From Burkholderiales bacterium (GTDB taxonomy: Bacteria; Pseudomonadota; Gammaproteobacteria; Burkholderiales; SG8-39), in assembly GCA_049651845.1 (NCBI GenBank), contig JBASCW010000037.1, forward strand, positions 501 to 64,500: a DNA stretch of 64,000 nucleotides, given 5' to 3'. Position numbers and translations under genes: made by a program. How positions within the stretch are numbered: position 1 is the stretch's first letter; the number at the start of each line of letters is the position of its first letter. The notes beneath the pieces were generated by a model, which saw only the letters and a list, made by a program, of their open reading frames with translations, was not told the origin of the DNA and made no database searches. Positions 1 through 9,764 of this stretch are shown in pieces.

Positions 1-44
1 TGTCCTGCCGGCTTTGCTGGCGGGTCACGCTGGCCGTTTTCGGG

Positions 45-2021
45 TTGATCCTCCTGGTCGAGAGCGCGATCCTCGTACCGTCGGCGCAACGCTTCGTGCA
101 GACCGAGCTCGACCGGCTCGCCGATCATGCGGTGATCGCCCTCGAGCCCGCGCTGCTGGTCGGCGGCGCGGCGCGGCTGGCGGAGTTCGGCGCGATGGTC
201 GGCCAGTACCGCCTCGCCGGCATCGCGCTCTACGGCCGCGATGGGCAGCCGCTGCTGCGCGCGGGCGAGCATGAAGGGCTGCAGTACAGCGAAGAGCTGG
301 CGCGCGCGGCCAGCATGATGGCCGAGCGCATCGGCCGCTCGGCCGACGGCCGGCGCCTCGACATCGCCTGGCGCAGCGCCCGCGCGGGCGAACCGCTGGT
401 GATCGCGCGCCTCGATTCCGCCCACGTGCGCGGCGAGCTGTCCTCGTACCTGATGCGCATCGGCGGGCTGGTGGTGCTGATCGTGCTGGTGGTCACAGCC
501 GGCACCATGCTGGTGCTGCACCTCACCGTGCTCAGGCCGCTGATGGCGCTGCGTCGCAGCGCAATGGCCGCGGGCCGGGATCCCGGCGGCGCTTCATGCC
601 ACGCGGTCGGCTCCGCGCGCCGCGACGAGATGGGCGACGTACTCCGCGCGCACGACGAGATGTTGCGCAAGGTCGAGGATTCGAAGTTGCGGGACCGGGC
701 GATCGCCGAGGAACGGGCGCGCTATGTGTCCCACCATGACGCGCTCACCGGCCTGCCGAACCGGGCCGCCTTGATCGAGTTCTTCGATCGCAGCCGCGAG
801 CGCGACGAAGGCGGGCGGCAGGCGTCCCTGTTTCTGGTGAATCTGCTGAATTTCCGTGAAGTGAATGCGGGCGAGGGGGCGCGCCGCGGGGACGAGATCC
901 TGCGGCGGCTGGCGGCGAGCCTGAAGCGCGCGGCCGATTCCGGGGACTTCGTCGCCCATCTCGGCGCGGACCGATTCGCGATCGCGCGCGTCCATGCCGA
1001 CACGGGCGGCGACGCCGGCTACGCGGAACGGGTCTTGAGTGCGGCCAAGCGGGCTTGCGCGAGCGTCGGCGCGGAGTCGATCCGGGTGCGCGTCGGCATC
1101 GCCGCCTCGAGCGTGCGCGATCTCGATGCGGCGGGCCTGCTGTGCCAGGCCGAGTTCGCGCTTTCGCGTACGCACGCCGAGGACAGCGGGGAGTACCAGT
1201 TCTATTTGGCCGGGCAGGCCGAGGAGGCGAGCGAACGCCAGCGCCTGGCGCGAGAACTGGAGCGCGCGATCGGCGGCGGGGAGTTATTTGCGGTCTATCA
1301 GCCGAAGCTTTCGCTGATGGGTGGCAGCGGTGCGCGAGTCATGGCCGCCGAGGCGCTGCTGCGCTGGACCAGCGCCACGCGCGGCGCGGTCAGTCCCGGC
1401 CGATTCATTCCGCTCGCCGAGGCCAACGGCCTGATCATTCCGATCGGCGACTACGTCCTGCAGGCGGCGTGCGCGCAGATGCGCACGTGGCTCGACCGCC
1501 ATGGTTGGTCGCCCCGGCTGGCGGTCAACCTTTCGGCGCGGCAGTTTTCGCTGCCGGATCTCAACGATCGCCTGGCACGGGTGCTCGCCGAGCACCGCCT
1601 TGCGCCGAGCATGCTCGAGGTGGAGATCACCGAGACCGCGGCGATGCGCGACGTGGCAAGCACCGCGGAAACGCTGGCCGCATTGCGGCGCCTGGGCGTG
1701 CACGTCTCGATCGACGATTTCGGCAGCGGCTACTCCTCGCTGCTCTACCTGCATAAATTTGCGGTGGACGCCATCAAGATCGACCGTTCGTTCGTCGAAA
1801 GCATCGGCGTGGATCCCCAGGGAGAGGCCATCTGCGACGCGGTATTGCGCCTGGGCCAGGCGCTGGGCACGCGCGTGATCGCCGAGGGCGTGGAGACGGA
1901 GGCGCAACTGGATTTCCTGCGCCGGCGCCGGTGCGATGAGGCTCAGGGCTACCTGATCGGCAAGCCTGTGGCGGCCGAGGAGTTCGAGCGATCCTGGCTC
2001 GCGGCGCGGGCGGCTGCCTGA
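45..2021 (+). CDS. Membrane-anchored GGDEF/EAL c-di-GMP signalling protein (degenerate GGDEF, canonical EAL)
   Basis: 658-aa ORF with a TM helix and HAMP-like linker. The GGDEF position reads GADRF. EAL-domain signatures are EALLRW, DDFGSGYSSL, KIDRSF and EGVETE. The frame stays open back to base 3, so the true start may lie outside the window. Confidence 0.85.
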   Translation: MILLVESAILVPSAQRFVQTELDRLADHAVIALEPALLVGGAARLAEFGAMVGQYRLAGIALYGRDGQPLLRAGEHEGLQYSEELARAASMMAERIGRSADGRRLDIAWRSARAGEPLVIARLDSAHVRGELSSYLMRIGGLVVLIVLVVTAGTMLVLHLTVLRPLMALRRSAMAAGRDPGGASCHAVGSARRDEMGDVLRAHDEMLRKVEDSKLRDRAIAEERARYVSHHDALTGLPNRAALIEFFDRSRERDEGGRQASLFLVNLLNFREVNAGEGARRGDEILRRLAASLKRAADSGDFVAHLGADRFAIARVHADTGGDAGYAERVLSAAKRACASVGAESIRVRVGIAASSVRDLDAAGLLCQAEFALSRTHAEDSGEYQFYLAGQAEEASERQRLARELERAIGGGELFAVYQPKLSLMGGSGARVMAAEALLRWTSATRGAVSPGRFIPLAEANGLIIPIGDYVLQAACAQMRTWLDRHGWSPRLAVNLSARQFSLPDLNDRLARVLAEHRLAPSMLEVEITETAAMRDVASTAETLAALRRLGVHVSIDDFGSGYSSLLYLHKFAVDAIKIDRSFVESIGVDPQGEAICDAVLRLGQALGTRVIAEGVETEAQLDFLRRRRCDEAQGYLIGKPVAAEEFERSWLAARAAA

Positions 2022-2038
2022 GCTGAGGCCGTCGAGCC

Positions 2039-3195
2039 TCAGCGCGCCTGTGCAGCTGGCTGGCCGAGAACGACCAGGCTCACGGGCGCCGGAACGCCGT
2101 CCACCGTGCGCTCGGCAGGCAGGCGGCGCGGTTGCGCGGGAACGTAGCCCTGCGCGAGCGCGTGCTCGTAGCAGGCGAGGCTCGCGAGCCCGGGCACGCC
2201 TTCGACCTTGGTGTGATTCTGCAGCTTCGCGGCGCGATTGACGGGGTCGCCGATGATGGCGTGTTCGAGCCGCCCCTCGTCGCCGATGACGCCGCAGGTG
2301 ACCGTGCCTGCATCTACACCGATGCCTACGCCGGGTGCAGCTGGTATTCGCGCAGCAGCTCGATGAGCTCGGCGGGCGGCAACGCCGCCGCGAGCCGCGT
2401 GAAGCCGCGCAGGTCGATGAACACCGCGGCCGCGTCGCGCTGCTCGCCGTCGCCCGGCTGCAGCAGCTCATCGGCGCGCATCAGGCGCCCGGCGATCTCG
2501 GGCGAGAAGAAACGCGACAGCTGCGTGGCGGCGGCCTGGTCGGTGACGGCGCGGAAAAGCAGCATGCGGGCGCGCGCCACCGAGACCGACAGCACGAGGG
2601 TCACGATCAGGATAGAGATGACGCGGTCGATCTCGCCGCCGATCAAGATCCGGGAGGAATTCATGTACTCGACGTAGTCGCGCGTCACGAGCGCGGCGCC
2701 GCCGGGCTCGGCGAGGGCGTAGCCCAGCAGGATCAGCCAGCCGGCGGCCGCGGTAAGTCCGGCGAACAGTACGTGGCCCGGCGTGATGGTCAGGGCGCGC
2801 AGGACGATGAAGATGAAGACGTAGAGCAGCGTCGGCGCTTTCAGGTAGAACGCGGCCGGCTGGCCGTACTGGATGTGGAAGCTCCAGATCGTGATCATCA
2901 GCATGGCGACGTCCACCACCACGGAGCCGAGCTTGAGCGCGAACGTAAGCCGGTTGCGGTAGGCAAGGTGCAGGCGCAGCGCCGTGAAGCAGGCGTAGAT
3001 GCCGAGCGCCCAGGGAACGGGACGAAACACGGCGTCGTCGGGCGAGGTGCCGGGCGCAACCAGGTACAGCGTACCGAGGACCGCGACCAGGGCCGCCTGG
3101 ACCCAGCCGATCAGTATTTCACTGTCGCGGCGCAGGTTCTCGAGCGTGCGCTCCGCGCGCGCGGGCAGCCGGGCGTCGGGGGGCGATGCGGGTCA
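2039..3195 (-). pseudogene. Disrupted class III adenylate/guanylate cyclase with multi-TM N-terminal domain (paralog of 37966-39285)
   Basis: ORF 2326-3030 aligns with the membrane domain and first catalytic strand of the intact paralog (HIQYGQPAAFYLKAPTLLYVF, VFIDLRGFT) but stops at REYQLHPA*. The cyclase C-terminus (GIGVDAGTVTCGVIGDEGRLEHAIIGDPVNRAAKLQ) resumes in another frame from 2326 down to the TGA at 2039. About 60 residues of catalytic core are missing in between. Upstream homology (RRDSEILIGWVQAALV) has no start codon before an in-frame stop near 3195. Confidence 0.7.
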
Positions 3196-3852
3196 GGATG
3201 CCGAAGCGGGATGCCGGCGCGTTCGGCGTCCCTGCCGCCCCGTTGTTGGCGACCACTTTGCCTCCGGCATCGTCGAAGGATCGCATCGCCGGCGCGCAGG
3301 TATGCGTGCTGGCGAATACGTCTACCGCGGCTTTCGCGAACGCGTCGGCGCGCCATTCGTGCTGTTCTGGATCGTCGAGCGCGCCGGCGTCGAATCTCCA
3401 ACCGGCGAGCGACTCGGCATCTGCGTGGACGACGCCGATGCGCGCGGCGCCCACTCGATAGCGTGCGATCGTTGGCAGTCCGGCAAGGCGGGCGAGGAGG
3501 TCCGGATGACGCGCCGCTGTTCGCTTGAGCGCCGCATGGATCTGGTTCGAGCGTTCGACGGTCCCCTGATCGACCCGCTCGGGATAGGCGCAGCCGTAGC
3601 CAGCGTCGTTCGAATTCAGGTCAAGCTCGGCTTCGACATTGCCGAGAATGGCATCGTGCCGCAGCACGCGCTCATTGACGGCCCGAAAGCCGGTGTTATC
3701 GATATTGAACCAGTTGAAATCGCCGTTGAAGCAGAGCGTTACGTGGCCTGGCTCCGCGCGCACCATCGCCTCGATCGCGTCGAGCGCGGGCAGATTGCCG
3801 TACAGACCACCGATGACGTAAAGCGTCTCGGCCGGAGTAGAAGAGGGAGTAC
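3119..3852 (-). pseudogene. Metallophosphoesterase-like remnant
   Basis: Only the C-terminal ~245 aa of track ORF 3119-4717 looks protein-like (TLYVIGGLYGNLPALDAIEAM, CFNGDFNWFN, GVVHADAES, VFASTHTC). There is no ATG/GTG/TTG upstream of the first strand. The last ~20 codons are Arg/Ala-rich and overlap, out of frame, the 5' homology of the cyclase remnant. Confidence 0.4.
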
Positions 3853-4668
3853 CAGCTGCTGGTTGAAGTCGCAGTCGTAGAGATAGCCCTGCCAGTCCGC
3901 GCTGATCAGGTTGCGGCACATGACGTGCTCGAGGTTCTCGTTCCGGTGCGCCTTGTGCAGCGTCGTCATGTAGGCATTGAACTGCCCTTTGGAGATCAGC
4001 GTGCTGCCGAACCGCTGGATCGGCATATTGGCGAGGGTAAAGAGCCGGTTGAATACGATCCCGAACTTGCGTCCGAGATGCGCCTTGTAATCGGCTTCCT
4101 GAGCCGCCTGCGGTGGCGGCAGGGCTGCGCCCTGCGGGTTGTAGACAAGGTTTAGGACCAGCCCGCTTTCTGGACGTCCATAGCCCAGTGCATTCAACCG
4201 CTGCAGGCCCCTGATACTTCCGTCGAACGTGCCCTTGCCGCGCTGCTTGTCGACGTTCTCTTCGAGGTAGCAGGGCATCGAGGCGACCACTTCGACGCGA
4301 TGGGCGGCAAGAAAATCGGCGAGATCTTCGAATCCCGGCTCCTCCAGGATGGTCAGGTTGCAGCGGTCGATGACCCGCAGGCCGCGCGCCCGCGCGGCAT
4401 TCACCAGGCGCCGGAAGTGCGGATTGAGTTCCGGTGCGCCGCCGGTGAGGTCGATCGCCGTGACCTCCGGGCTGGCGGCCAGGAACGCGATCACCGCGTC
4501 GATGGTCTCGGCCGTCATCTCCTCCTTGCGGTTCGGTCCCGCGTTGACCTGGCAGTGCACGCAGCTCTGGTTGCAGCGGTAGCCGAGGTTCAGCTGCAGC
4601 GTCTCGACGGCGCGGCGCTTCAGAGCCGGAAACTGGGTGCGAGTCAGAAGGTGGAGGGTAGCGTGCAT
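3739..4668 (-). CDS. Radical SAM/Cys-rich-domain protein of the ArsS (arsenosugar biosynthesis) type, probably 3'-truncated
   Basis: CxxxCxxC radical SAM motif (GYRCNQSCVHCQ) and a DUF3641-like segment up to WQGYLYDCDFNQQL. After about 3853 the sequence becomes an Arg-rich tail without the terminal Cys cluster I expect for this family. The other frame there starts to encode the phosphoesterase remnant. Confidence 0.6.
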   Translation of the reverse strand: MHATLHLLTRTQFPALKRRAVETLQLNLGYRCNQSCVHCQVNAGPNRKEEMTAETIDAVIAFLAASPEVTAIDLTGGAPELNPHFRRLVNAARARGLRVIDRCNLTILEEPGFEDLADFLAAHRVEVVASMPCYLEENVDKQRGKGTFDGSIRGLQRLNALGYGRPESGLVLNLVYNPQGAALPPPQAAQEADYKAHLGRKFGIVFNRLFTLANMPIQRFGSTLISKGQFNAYMTTLHKAHRNENLEHVMCRNLISADWQGYLYDCDFNQQLVLPLLLRPRRFTSSVVCTAICPRSTRSRRWCARSQAT

Positions 4669-4771
4669 GGATTTCGGTCCAAGGTCGTCTTCGTGCTTTG
4701 GCGTCTCGACCCGGCAATTGCTTACAACAAAATCAAGAACCCCAGTGCGCGCTCCGCACAGAAGAACTCGA

Positions 4772-7198
4772 TCACTTCAAGCCAGTGCGCACGCGCAGCG
4801 GCAGCTTCGCCGGCGGCAAGCACACCTCTTCGTTGCAGGCCTGTGCGCTCACCGTGCCGGTCAGAGTCTCGCTTCGCGCAAGCGCGCCCTTCGGCACCTG
4901 GGCGACGATGGACACGTCGCCCTCGTAGACCTTGATTCCGGCGCGCGCGAAGGCCGGGCGAAACACCTTCGGCGCCGGATAGACGACGCGGGACGGCGTG
5001 AGTCCGGCGAAGGTCACGGCGGTGGGAATGAGGTAATCATACGACGCGGGGTTCGCGTTCACGTGATAGCCGCCGGCGACCTTCACCGTGACGACGATCT
5101 CGTCGTGCTCAGGGGCGCCGCGCACGCTCGCCGCGACCCTGACGTGCGCGGCGGTATCGGGAAACTCCGGAGCGGCTACTGCGACCTGGACCGGTGGCGC
5201 CTTCGAGACTGGCGCTACGCCGCGTTTCGGCGCCAACCCCAACGCCGCCGCCGCGACCAGCACCGGCCAGGCGTCGGGTTGCGCGTCGACGCGCGCGCGA
5301 ACGCTTGCCATGACCCGCGTCGCAGCCGCGCGATAGCGCTCCGGACCGTCCGCGGCGCCCAGCCGCAGGAGCAGCGCGACCGCGGCCGACGTCCCCGATG
5401 GATAGGCGCTGTCGCCGCTGTCGATGGGGGCCATCACCAGCGCGTGCTCCGCGGGCGTGGTCGAGAGGCTGCCGTCCTCGCGCGCGAATCGCCTGAGCAT
5501 ATCGTCGGCAAGTTGCGCGGCGCGTTCGCGCCATGCGCGGTTGCGGGTCGCATCGGCGAGCGCGAGAAAGCCCGCGGCGAGCAGGGCGTAGTCGTCGAGA
5601 AAAGCATCGCCCCGGGCGTGCCCCCGGTAGATCTCGTGCCGCAATCGGCGCGTCAAGGGATCGTAGGCAAGCGCCCAGATTCGCTGCGCGGCCCGTTCCG
5701 CGATTCGGACATAGCCGGGCTCGCCCAGTGAACGGCCGGCGCTCGCAAGCGCCTCGATGGCCATGCCGTTCAGGGCGACGATCATCTTCTCGTCCCGCGC
5801 CGGCTGGGGCCGCAGCTCGCGCGCCTCGAGCAGCCTTGCGCGCAGCGGCGCCGAACGGGCGAGGATGTCGGAGGGCCGTGTGTCGGAGGGCGGCGGCAGG
5901 CGCAGCCGGAGGACGCCGCGTTCGTCCTCCGGCCCGAGCGCCGCTGCGCTCGGCACCGGGAGCGGAGCAAGGCTGTACAACTCGAGCAGCCGCTTTGCGT
6001 CCTCGGCGCCCAGTGCGGCCTCGATCTCGGCCAAGCTCCAAAGATAGCTCGCGCCTTCGTGGCCGCCGACCTCCGCGTCCTCGGCGGTGTAGAAGCCGCC
6101 CTCTGGCGCGCTCATGCGCCGTTCGAGGTATCGGGCGGTGTTGGTCGCTACCTGCCGGTAGAGCGGCCTGCGCGTCATGCGCCAGGCGTCGGCGTACAGC
6201 TTGAGCAGCTGTGCGTTGTTGTAGAGCATTTTCTCGAAGTGCGGAACCGACCAGGCGCGATCGATGCTGTAGCGGTGGAACCCCCCGCCGACGTGATCGT
6301 GCAGGGCGCCGAGCGCGATCGCATCGAGCGTCGCGCTCAGGCGGGCGAGCGCCGCGCGATCCGGGTCGGCGCCGTGCGCAGCAGCCAGCATCCCGAGCAG
6401 CGGCTCCTGCGGGAACTGCGACTGGCTGTCCTCGAAAGGAAAGCCGCCGTGCCTGGCATCGAACCGTTCCAATGCACGGCGCTTCGCTTCTCGCAGCCAC
6501 GCCGCGGGGCGCACGATGTTGGAGTTGGTCCGCACGGCGTCCGGGGCGCCGCCCATCGCGGCGAGGGTCCGGTCCGCCTGGGCGCGGATTTCGTGGCCGC
6601 GGGATTCCCAGTCTTCGTGGATGGCGCGCAGGATCGTGACGAAGCCCGGACGGCCAAAGTCGTCGTCGGCGGGCGGGAAGTAGCTGCCGCCGAAGAAAGG
6701 CTTCGCGTCCGGAGTGAGGAAAACGTTATTCGGCCACCCCCCGCGCCCGGTCATGAGCTGGGTGGCGCGCATGTAGATGGCGTCGATGTCGGGCCGTTGC
6801 TCGCGGTCCACCTTTATGTTCACGAACCACTGGTTCATCAGCGCCGCGACCGCAGGGTTCGCGTAGAGCGTCCGGTTCGCGACGTGGCACCAGTAGCAGG
6901 AGCTATAACCGACCGACAAGAAGATCGGCTTGTTCTCGCGCTTCGCTCGTTCTAGCGCCTCCTCGCCCCACGGATACCAATCGACGGGGTTGTGCGCATG
7001 CTGCAGAAGATAGGGCGAGCCCGAATCGATCAGCCGGTTGGGGCGCGAGGTGCGTTCATCCCCCACGCCGGCGCCCGGCGCCATCGCAGGCACGAGCAGC
7101 GCCAGTGCCAAGATCGCTGCCGATGCACGATTCAGAAGCGGGTTGTGAGCGCGATCCAGCCGGCGGGCAGGATCTCGACCATTCTTGCTTCGAGCCAT
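4772..7198 (-). CDS. Secreted YyaL/DUF255 thioredoxin-domain protein fused to a C-terminal DsbD-alpha-like domain
   Basis: Signal-like segment [19 protein letters not shown]255 signature [37 protein letters not shown] (CYWC), followed by a long alpha-barrel-like middle. The C-terminal ~130 aa end in C-N-E-E-V-C-L-P-P (4820-4837), as in DsbD-alpha/ScsB. The track ORF runs to 7795, but that part overlaps ccdA. The first plausible ATG is 7198, so the start is uncertain. Confidence 0.75.
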   Translation of the reverse strand: MARSKNGRDPARRLDRAHNPLLNRASAAILALALLVPAMAPGAGVGDERTSRPNRLIDSGSPYLLQHAHNPVDWYPWGEEALERAKRENKPIFLSVGYSSCYWCHVANRTLYANPAVAALMNQWFVNIKVDREQRPDIDAIYMRATQLMTGRGGWPNNVFLTPDAKPFFGGSYFPPADDDFGRPGFVTILRAIHEDWESRGHEIRAQADRTLAAMGGAPDAVRTNSNIVRPAAWLREAKRRALERFDARHGGFPFEDSQSQFPQEPLLGMLAAAHGADPDRAALARLSATLDAIALGALHDHVGGGFHRYSIDRAWSVPHFEKMLYNNAQLLKLYADAWRMTRRPLYRQVATNTARYLERRMSAPEGGFYTAEDAEVGGHEGASYLWSLAEIEAALGAEDAKRLLELYSLAPLPVPSAAALGPEDERGVLRLRLPPPSDTRPSDILARSAPLRARLLEARELRPQPARDEKMIVALNGMAIEALASAGRSLGEPGYVRIAERAAQRIWALAYDPLTRRLRHEIYRGHARGDAFLDDYALLAAGFLALADATRNRAWRERAAQLADDMLRRFAREDGSLSTTPAEHALVMAPIDSGDSAYPSGTSAAVALLLRLGAADGPERYRAAATRVMASVRARVDAQPDAWPVLVAAAALGLAPKRGVAPVSKAPPVQVAVAAPEFPDTAAHVRVAASVRGAPEHDEIVVTVKVAGGYHVNANPASYDYLIPTAVTFAGLTPSRVVYPAPKVFRPAFARAGIKVYEGDVSIVAQVPKGALARSETLTGTVSAQACNEEVCLPPAKLPLRVRTGLK

Positions 7199-7866
7199 TT
7201 GTCGGTCCCGGTAAGGATTGCTACCCCCAGCGTCCCGATCAGAACCCCGAACGCGGCTTTGATGCCCCCGATGTGCCCGAGCACACAGGTGCGCGCCGCA
7301 GCGAACCCGCGGCGCGAAGCATACGCCGCCGCCACGAGCGGTATGGCGGCGCCGATTCCAAACAGGCCGAGCGCGAGCGCTCCTTTCGCCGCGCCGCCCT
7401 CGCTCGCGACCAGCGTCAACGTCGAGCCGAGCAACGGGCCCGAACACGGGCTCCAAACCAGGCCGAGCACCCCGCCAAGCGCCAGTGCACCCGCCAGCGA
7501 ACTGCCGTCGAGGCGCAGCGAAGCGGCGTTCGCGGACGATGCGATCGGCGTCATCCAGGCAGTGAAGCGCGCGCTGAAGCGCGGCACGAGCATCACGACC
7601 GCGAAGGCGATAAGCAGCCAGGCGCCGCCGAGGCGCACCGAATCGCCGTCGACGCCGAGCGCCGGGCCGAGGGCGCCGAGGGCCATCCCGATCAGCGCGA
7701 AGGAGGCTGCCATGCCGGCACCCATGGCGACCGGCGACCAGGGGCTGGCCTGAACCGCGCCGCCGACCACCAGCGGCAGCAGCGGAAAAACGCAAGGCGA
7801 AAGCGTCGTCAGGCTACCCGCCGCGAGGCTCAGCCCAAGTTGCGCGAGCGAGAATGAGGACTCCAA
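7132..7866 (-). CDS. ccdA: CcdA/DsbD-beta family thiol:disulfide electron-transfer membrane protein
   Basis: 244 aa and highly hydrophobic, with the two conserved Cys motifs [10 protein letters not shown] and [10 protein letters not shown]. Confidence 0.85.
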   Translation of the reverse strand: MESSFSLAQLGLSLAAGSLTTLSPCVFPLLPLVVGGAVQASPWSPVAMGAGMAASFALIGMALGALGPALGVDGDSVRLGGAWLLIAFAVVMLVPRFSARFTAWMTPIASSANAASLRLDGSSLAGALALGGVLGLVWSPCSGPLLGSTLTLVASEGGAAKGALALGLFGIGAAIPLVAAAYASRRGFAAARTCVLGHIGGIKAAFGVLIGTLGVAILTGTDKWLEARMVEILPAGWIALTTRF

Positions 7867-7875
7867 GCGCGGCTC

Positions 7876-8256
7876 CTACAACGCCGAACGCAGCGCCGCC
7901 TCGAGCTTGTCCGCGGAGGTTTCGCCCGCGAGGCGGGCCTTTTCGACCTTGCCCCGGTAGACGATCAGGGTCGACTGGGCACGGACGTTCAGCTTGCGCT
8001 TCAGCTCGCGCTCCTTGTCGTAGTCGACCACCAGCAGCGTCAGGGCGAACCTGCGGTCCGATTCCAGCATGTTGAATACGTCCTCCTGCATGCGGCAGGC
8101 CGGGCACCAGCCGGCGTGGAAATGCAAGGCAACCGGCCTGCCCGCGGCCTGGGCCGAGGCGAGCAATTCGGGCGAGTAGGGCTTGATCTCCAGGGCCGAT
8201 GGGACGGACGCGGCCAACGAGAGAACGATCGCAGCAAGAATATTGAGCAGTTTCAC
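7876..8256 (-). CDS. Secreted thioredoxin-family protein (WCPAC)
   Basis: 126 aa with a signal peptide (MKLLNILAAIVLSLAASVPSA) and HAGWCPAC active site. It lies 9 nt upstream of ccdA. Confidence 0.85.
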   Translation of the reverse strand: MKLLNILAAIVLSLAASVPSALEIKPYSPELLASAQAAGRPVALHFHAGWCPACRMQEDVFNMLESDRRFALTLLVVDYDKERELKRKLNVRAQSTLIVYRGKVEKARLAGETSADKLEAALRSAL

Positions 8257-8321
8257 CGGGATACTCCGTTAGATAAATGCAATTCCACCTGGCTTGTCGT
8301 ATAAGTGCGCGATTCCCATAC

Positions 8322-9056
8322 TCAGGCGCGAACGTAGACCCAGCCGCCCTGCAGCCGCTTGATCACCTGTTCAAGCGCCGACGGTGCGACCGCGATTCCC
8401 GGCAGCAGATCGGCCGGCTGCCCGCTTTCGCGCAACCGCGCCAGGGTCTGGCCGCAGGCGACGAGGCTGAGATTCGCATACTCGCGGCGCAGCGACGCGA
8501 TGCGCTGCGCATGGGGCGAAGCGGTCGCGCGAAACAGATCGAGCCCGGAACTGTTGGCGACGATTTCGACCACGACGTTGCGCCGATCCGCGCGCGCAGA
8601 CCGCAGCAGGTCTTCCACTTCTCCGAGCGCCGTGCCGAGCGCCTCGCGGTTGCCCGAGCTGACGTGTACCAGCACGCGGTTGGCCTCAAGCGAGCGCCAG
8701 TCGCCGCGCAGCGCATGCCAGTCGCCCCGAAGCGCGTAGGCCGACGCGGGGTCGAGCGCGGGTGCGCCGGCCCACCAGGCATTGCCGAACCAGCCGAGAA
8801 TCGCGAACGCGATGCTCGCTGCGGCGAGCGTCTTCCAGCCCGGCCTCGCAACCCGGCGGGCGCGCTCTCGCGGCCCGGGGGGAACCGCATGGGCGTACCG
8901 CACCATGTCCTTCAGCGTGCGCAGCTCGCATATCCGCTCTCGCAGCAGCGCGTCGCGCTCAAGTCGCTCTGTGACACCCGCCCACTCGGCGGCGTCGAGC
9001 TGCCCGTCGACGAACGCGTTCTGCATTTCCTCGGAAACCTTCCGCTCTTCACTCAT
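8322..9056 (-). CDS. Single-pass anti-sigma factor with periplasmic DsrE-like domain
   Basis: The ATG at 9056 overlaps the sigma-factor stop (ATGA). It has a short cytoplasmic N-terminus, a TM helix (WKTLAAASIAFAILGWFGNAWW) and a C-terminal ~120 aa (8325-8681) homologous to the protein at 9765-10232. Shared segments are VLVHVSS/VVIQVSD, VVVEIVA/VDVEIVA, ACGQT/ACENT and GWVYVRA/GWSYVRP. Confidence 0.65.
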   Translation of the reverse strand: MSEERKVSEEMQNAFVDGQLDAAEWAGVTERLERDALLRERICELRTLKDMVRYAHAVPPGPRERARRVARPGWKTLAAASIAFAILGWFGNAWWAGAPALDPASAYALRGDWHALRGDWRSLEANRVLVHVSSGNREALGTALGEVEDLLRSARADRRNVVVEIVANSSGLDLFRATASPHAQRIASLRREYANLSLVACGQTLARLRESGQPADLLPGIAVAPSALEQVIKRLQGGWVYVRA

Positions 9057-9607
9057 TTCACGCTCCGCAATCTGGTTCCCATCAATTCCGACGCGGTCGA
9101 TCTGAGCCGGTCGCGTAACGCCTGCCGCGCACGGCACAGCCGGCTCATCACCGTGCCGATCGGGATCTCAAGGATTTCGCCCACTTCGGCGTAACCGCAG
9201 TCTTCCAGATCGACCAGAGTGACGACCTGTCTCTGGCCGAGCGGCAGCTCGCCGACGGCGCGCCGCACGCGCTGTACCAGCTCCGCGCTTGCACGCGCTT
9301 CCTCGGGCGTCGGGCCGCCATCCGTAATTTCATCCGCGACGCTTTCGATCTCCACGTACTCGCGCCGCGCGCGGGCATGGTCCCGCAGGCAGTTGGCCAG
9401 GATCCGGAACAGCCAAGCCCTGGACCGCGCCGCGTCCCGCAATTGCTCCGCCCCGCGCAGCGCCTTCTCGATCGCAGCGTGGGTCAGGTCATCGGCGAGA
9501 TCGGCATCGAGGCACCACGCATAGGCCATGCGGTACAGCGCCTCGCGCGAGCGTTCGATTTCGCGCCGCACGGCCGCGCCACGCCCGAATATCGATCTGA
9601 TTGCCAT
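9053..9607 (-). CDS. ECF-type RNA polymerase sigma factor
   Basis: 184 aa. Region 2 (DLTHAAIEKAL, WLFRILANCLRDHAR) and region 4 (LPLGQRQVVTLVDLEDCGYAEVGEILEIPIGTVMSRLCRAR). Confidence 0.85.
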   Translation of the reverse strand: MAIRSIFGRGAAVRREIERSREALYRMAYAWCLDADLADDLTHAAIEKALRGAEQLRDAARSRAWLFRILANCLRDHARARREYVEIESVADEITDGGPTPEEARASAELVQRVRRAVGELPLGQRQVVTLVDLEDCGYAEVGEILEIPIGTVMSRLCRARQALRDRLRSTASELMGTRLRSVK

Positions 9608-9764
9608 GCTCCTCCGAGTAAGACGTACCAGCCCGCCGGATTATTCCGCGCAGGAGACCACGGTGAAGAGCGCAATGGAATAAAGAGGCATCCCGGTTCG
9701 TCATGCTGAATGGTAGGGCCGCGGGATTCCGCGCGCCAGGACCCCAGTTCACCAAGGAGGAAAA

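Noticed and set aside
3119-4717. 532-aa ORF taken as a single protein
   Set aside because: Only its C-terminal ~245 aa are protein-like. The N-terminal part is the out-of-frame shadow of the radical SAM gene at 3739-4668.
7199-7795. N-terminal 199 codons of the 1007-aa track ORF (4772-7795)
   Set aside because: This part overlaps the well-supported ccdA gene in another frame and is Arg-rich nonsense. YyaL homology and a signal-like segment begin only after the ATG at 7198.
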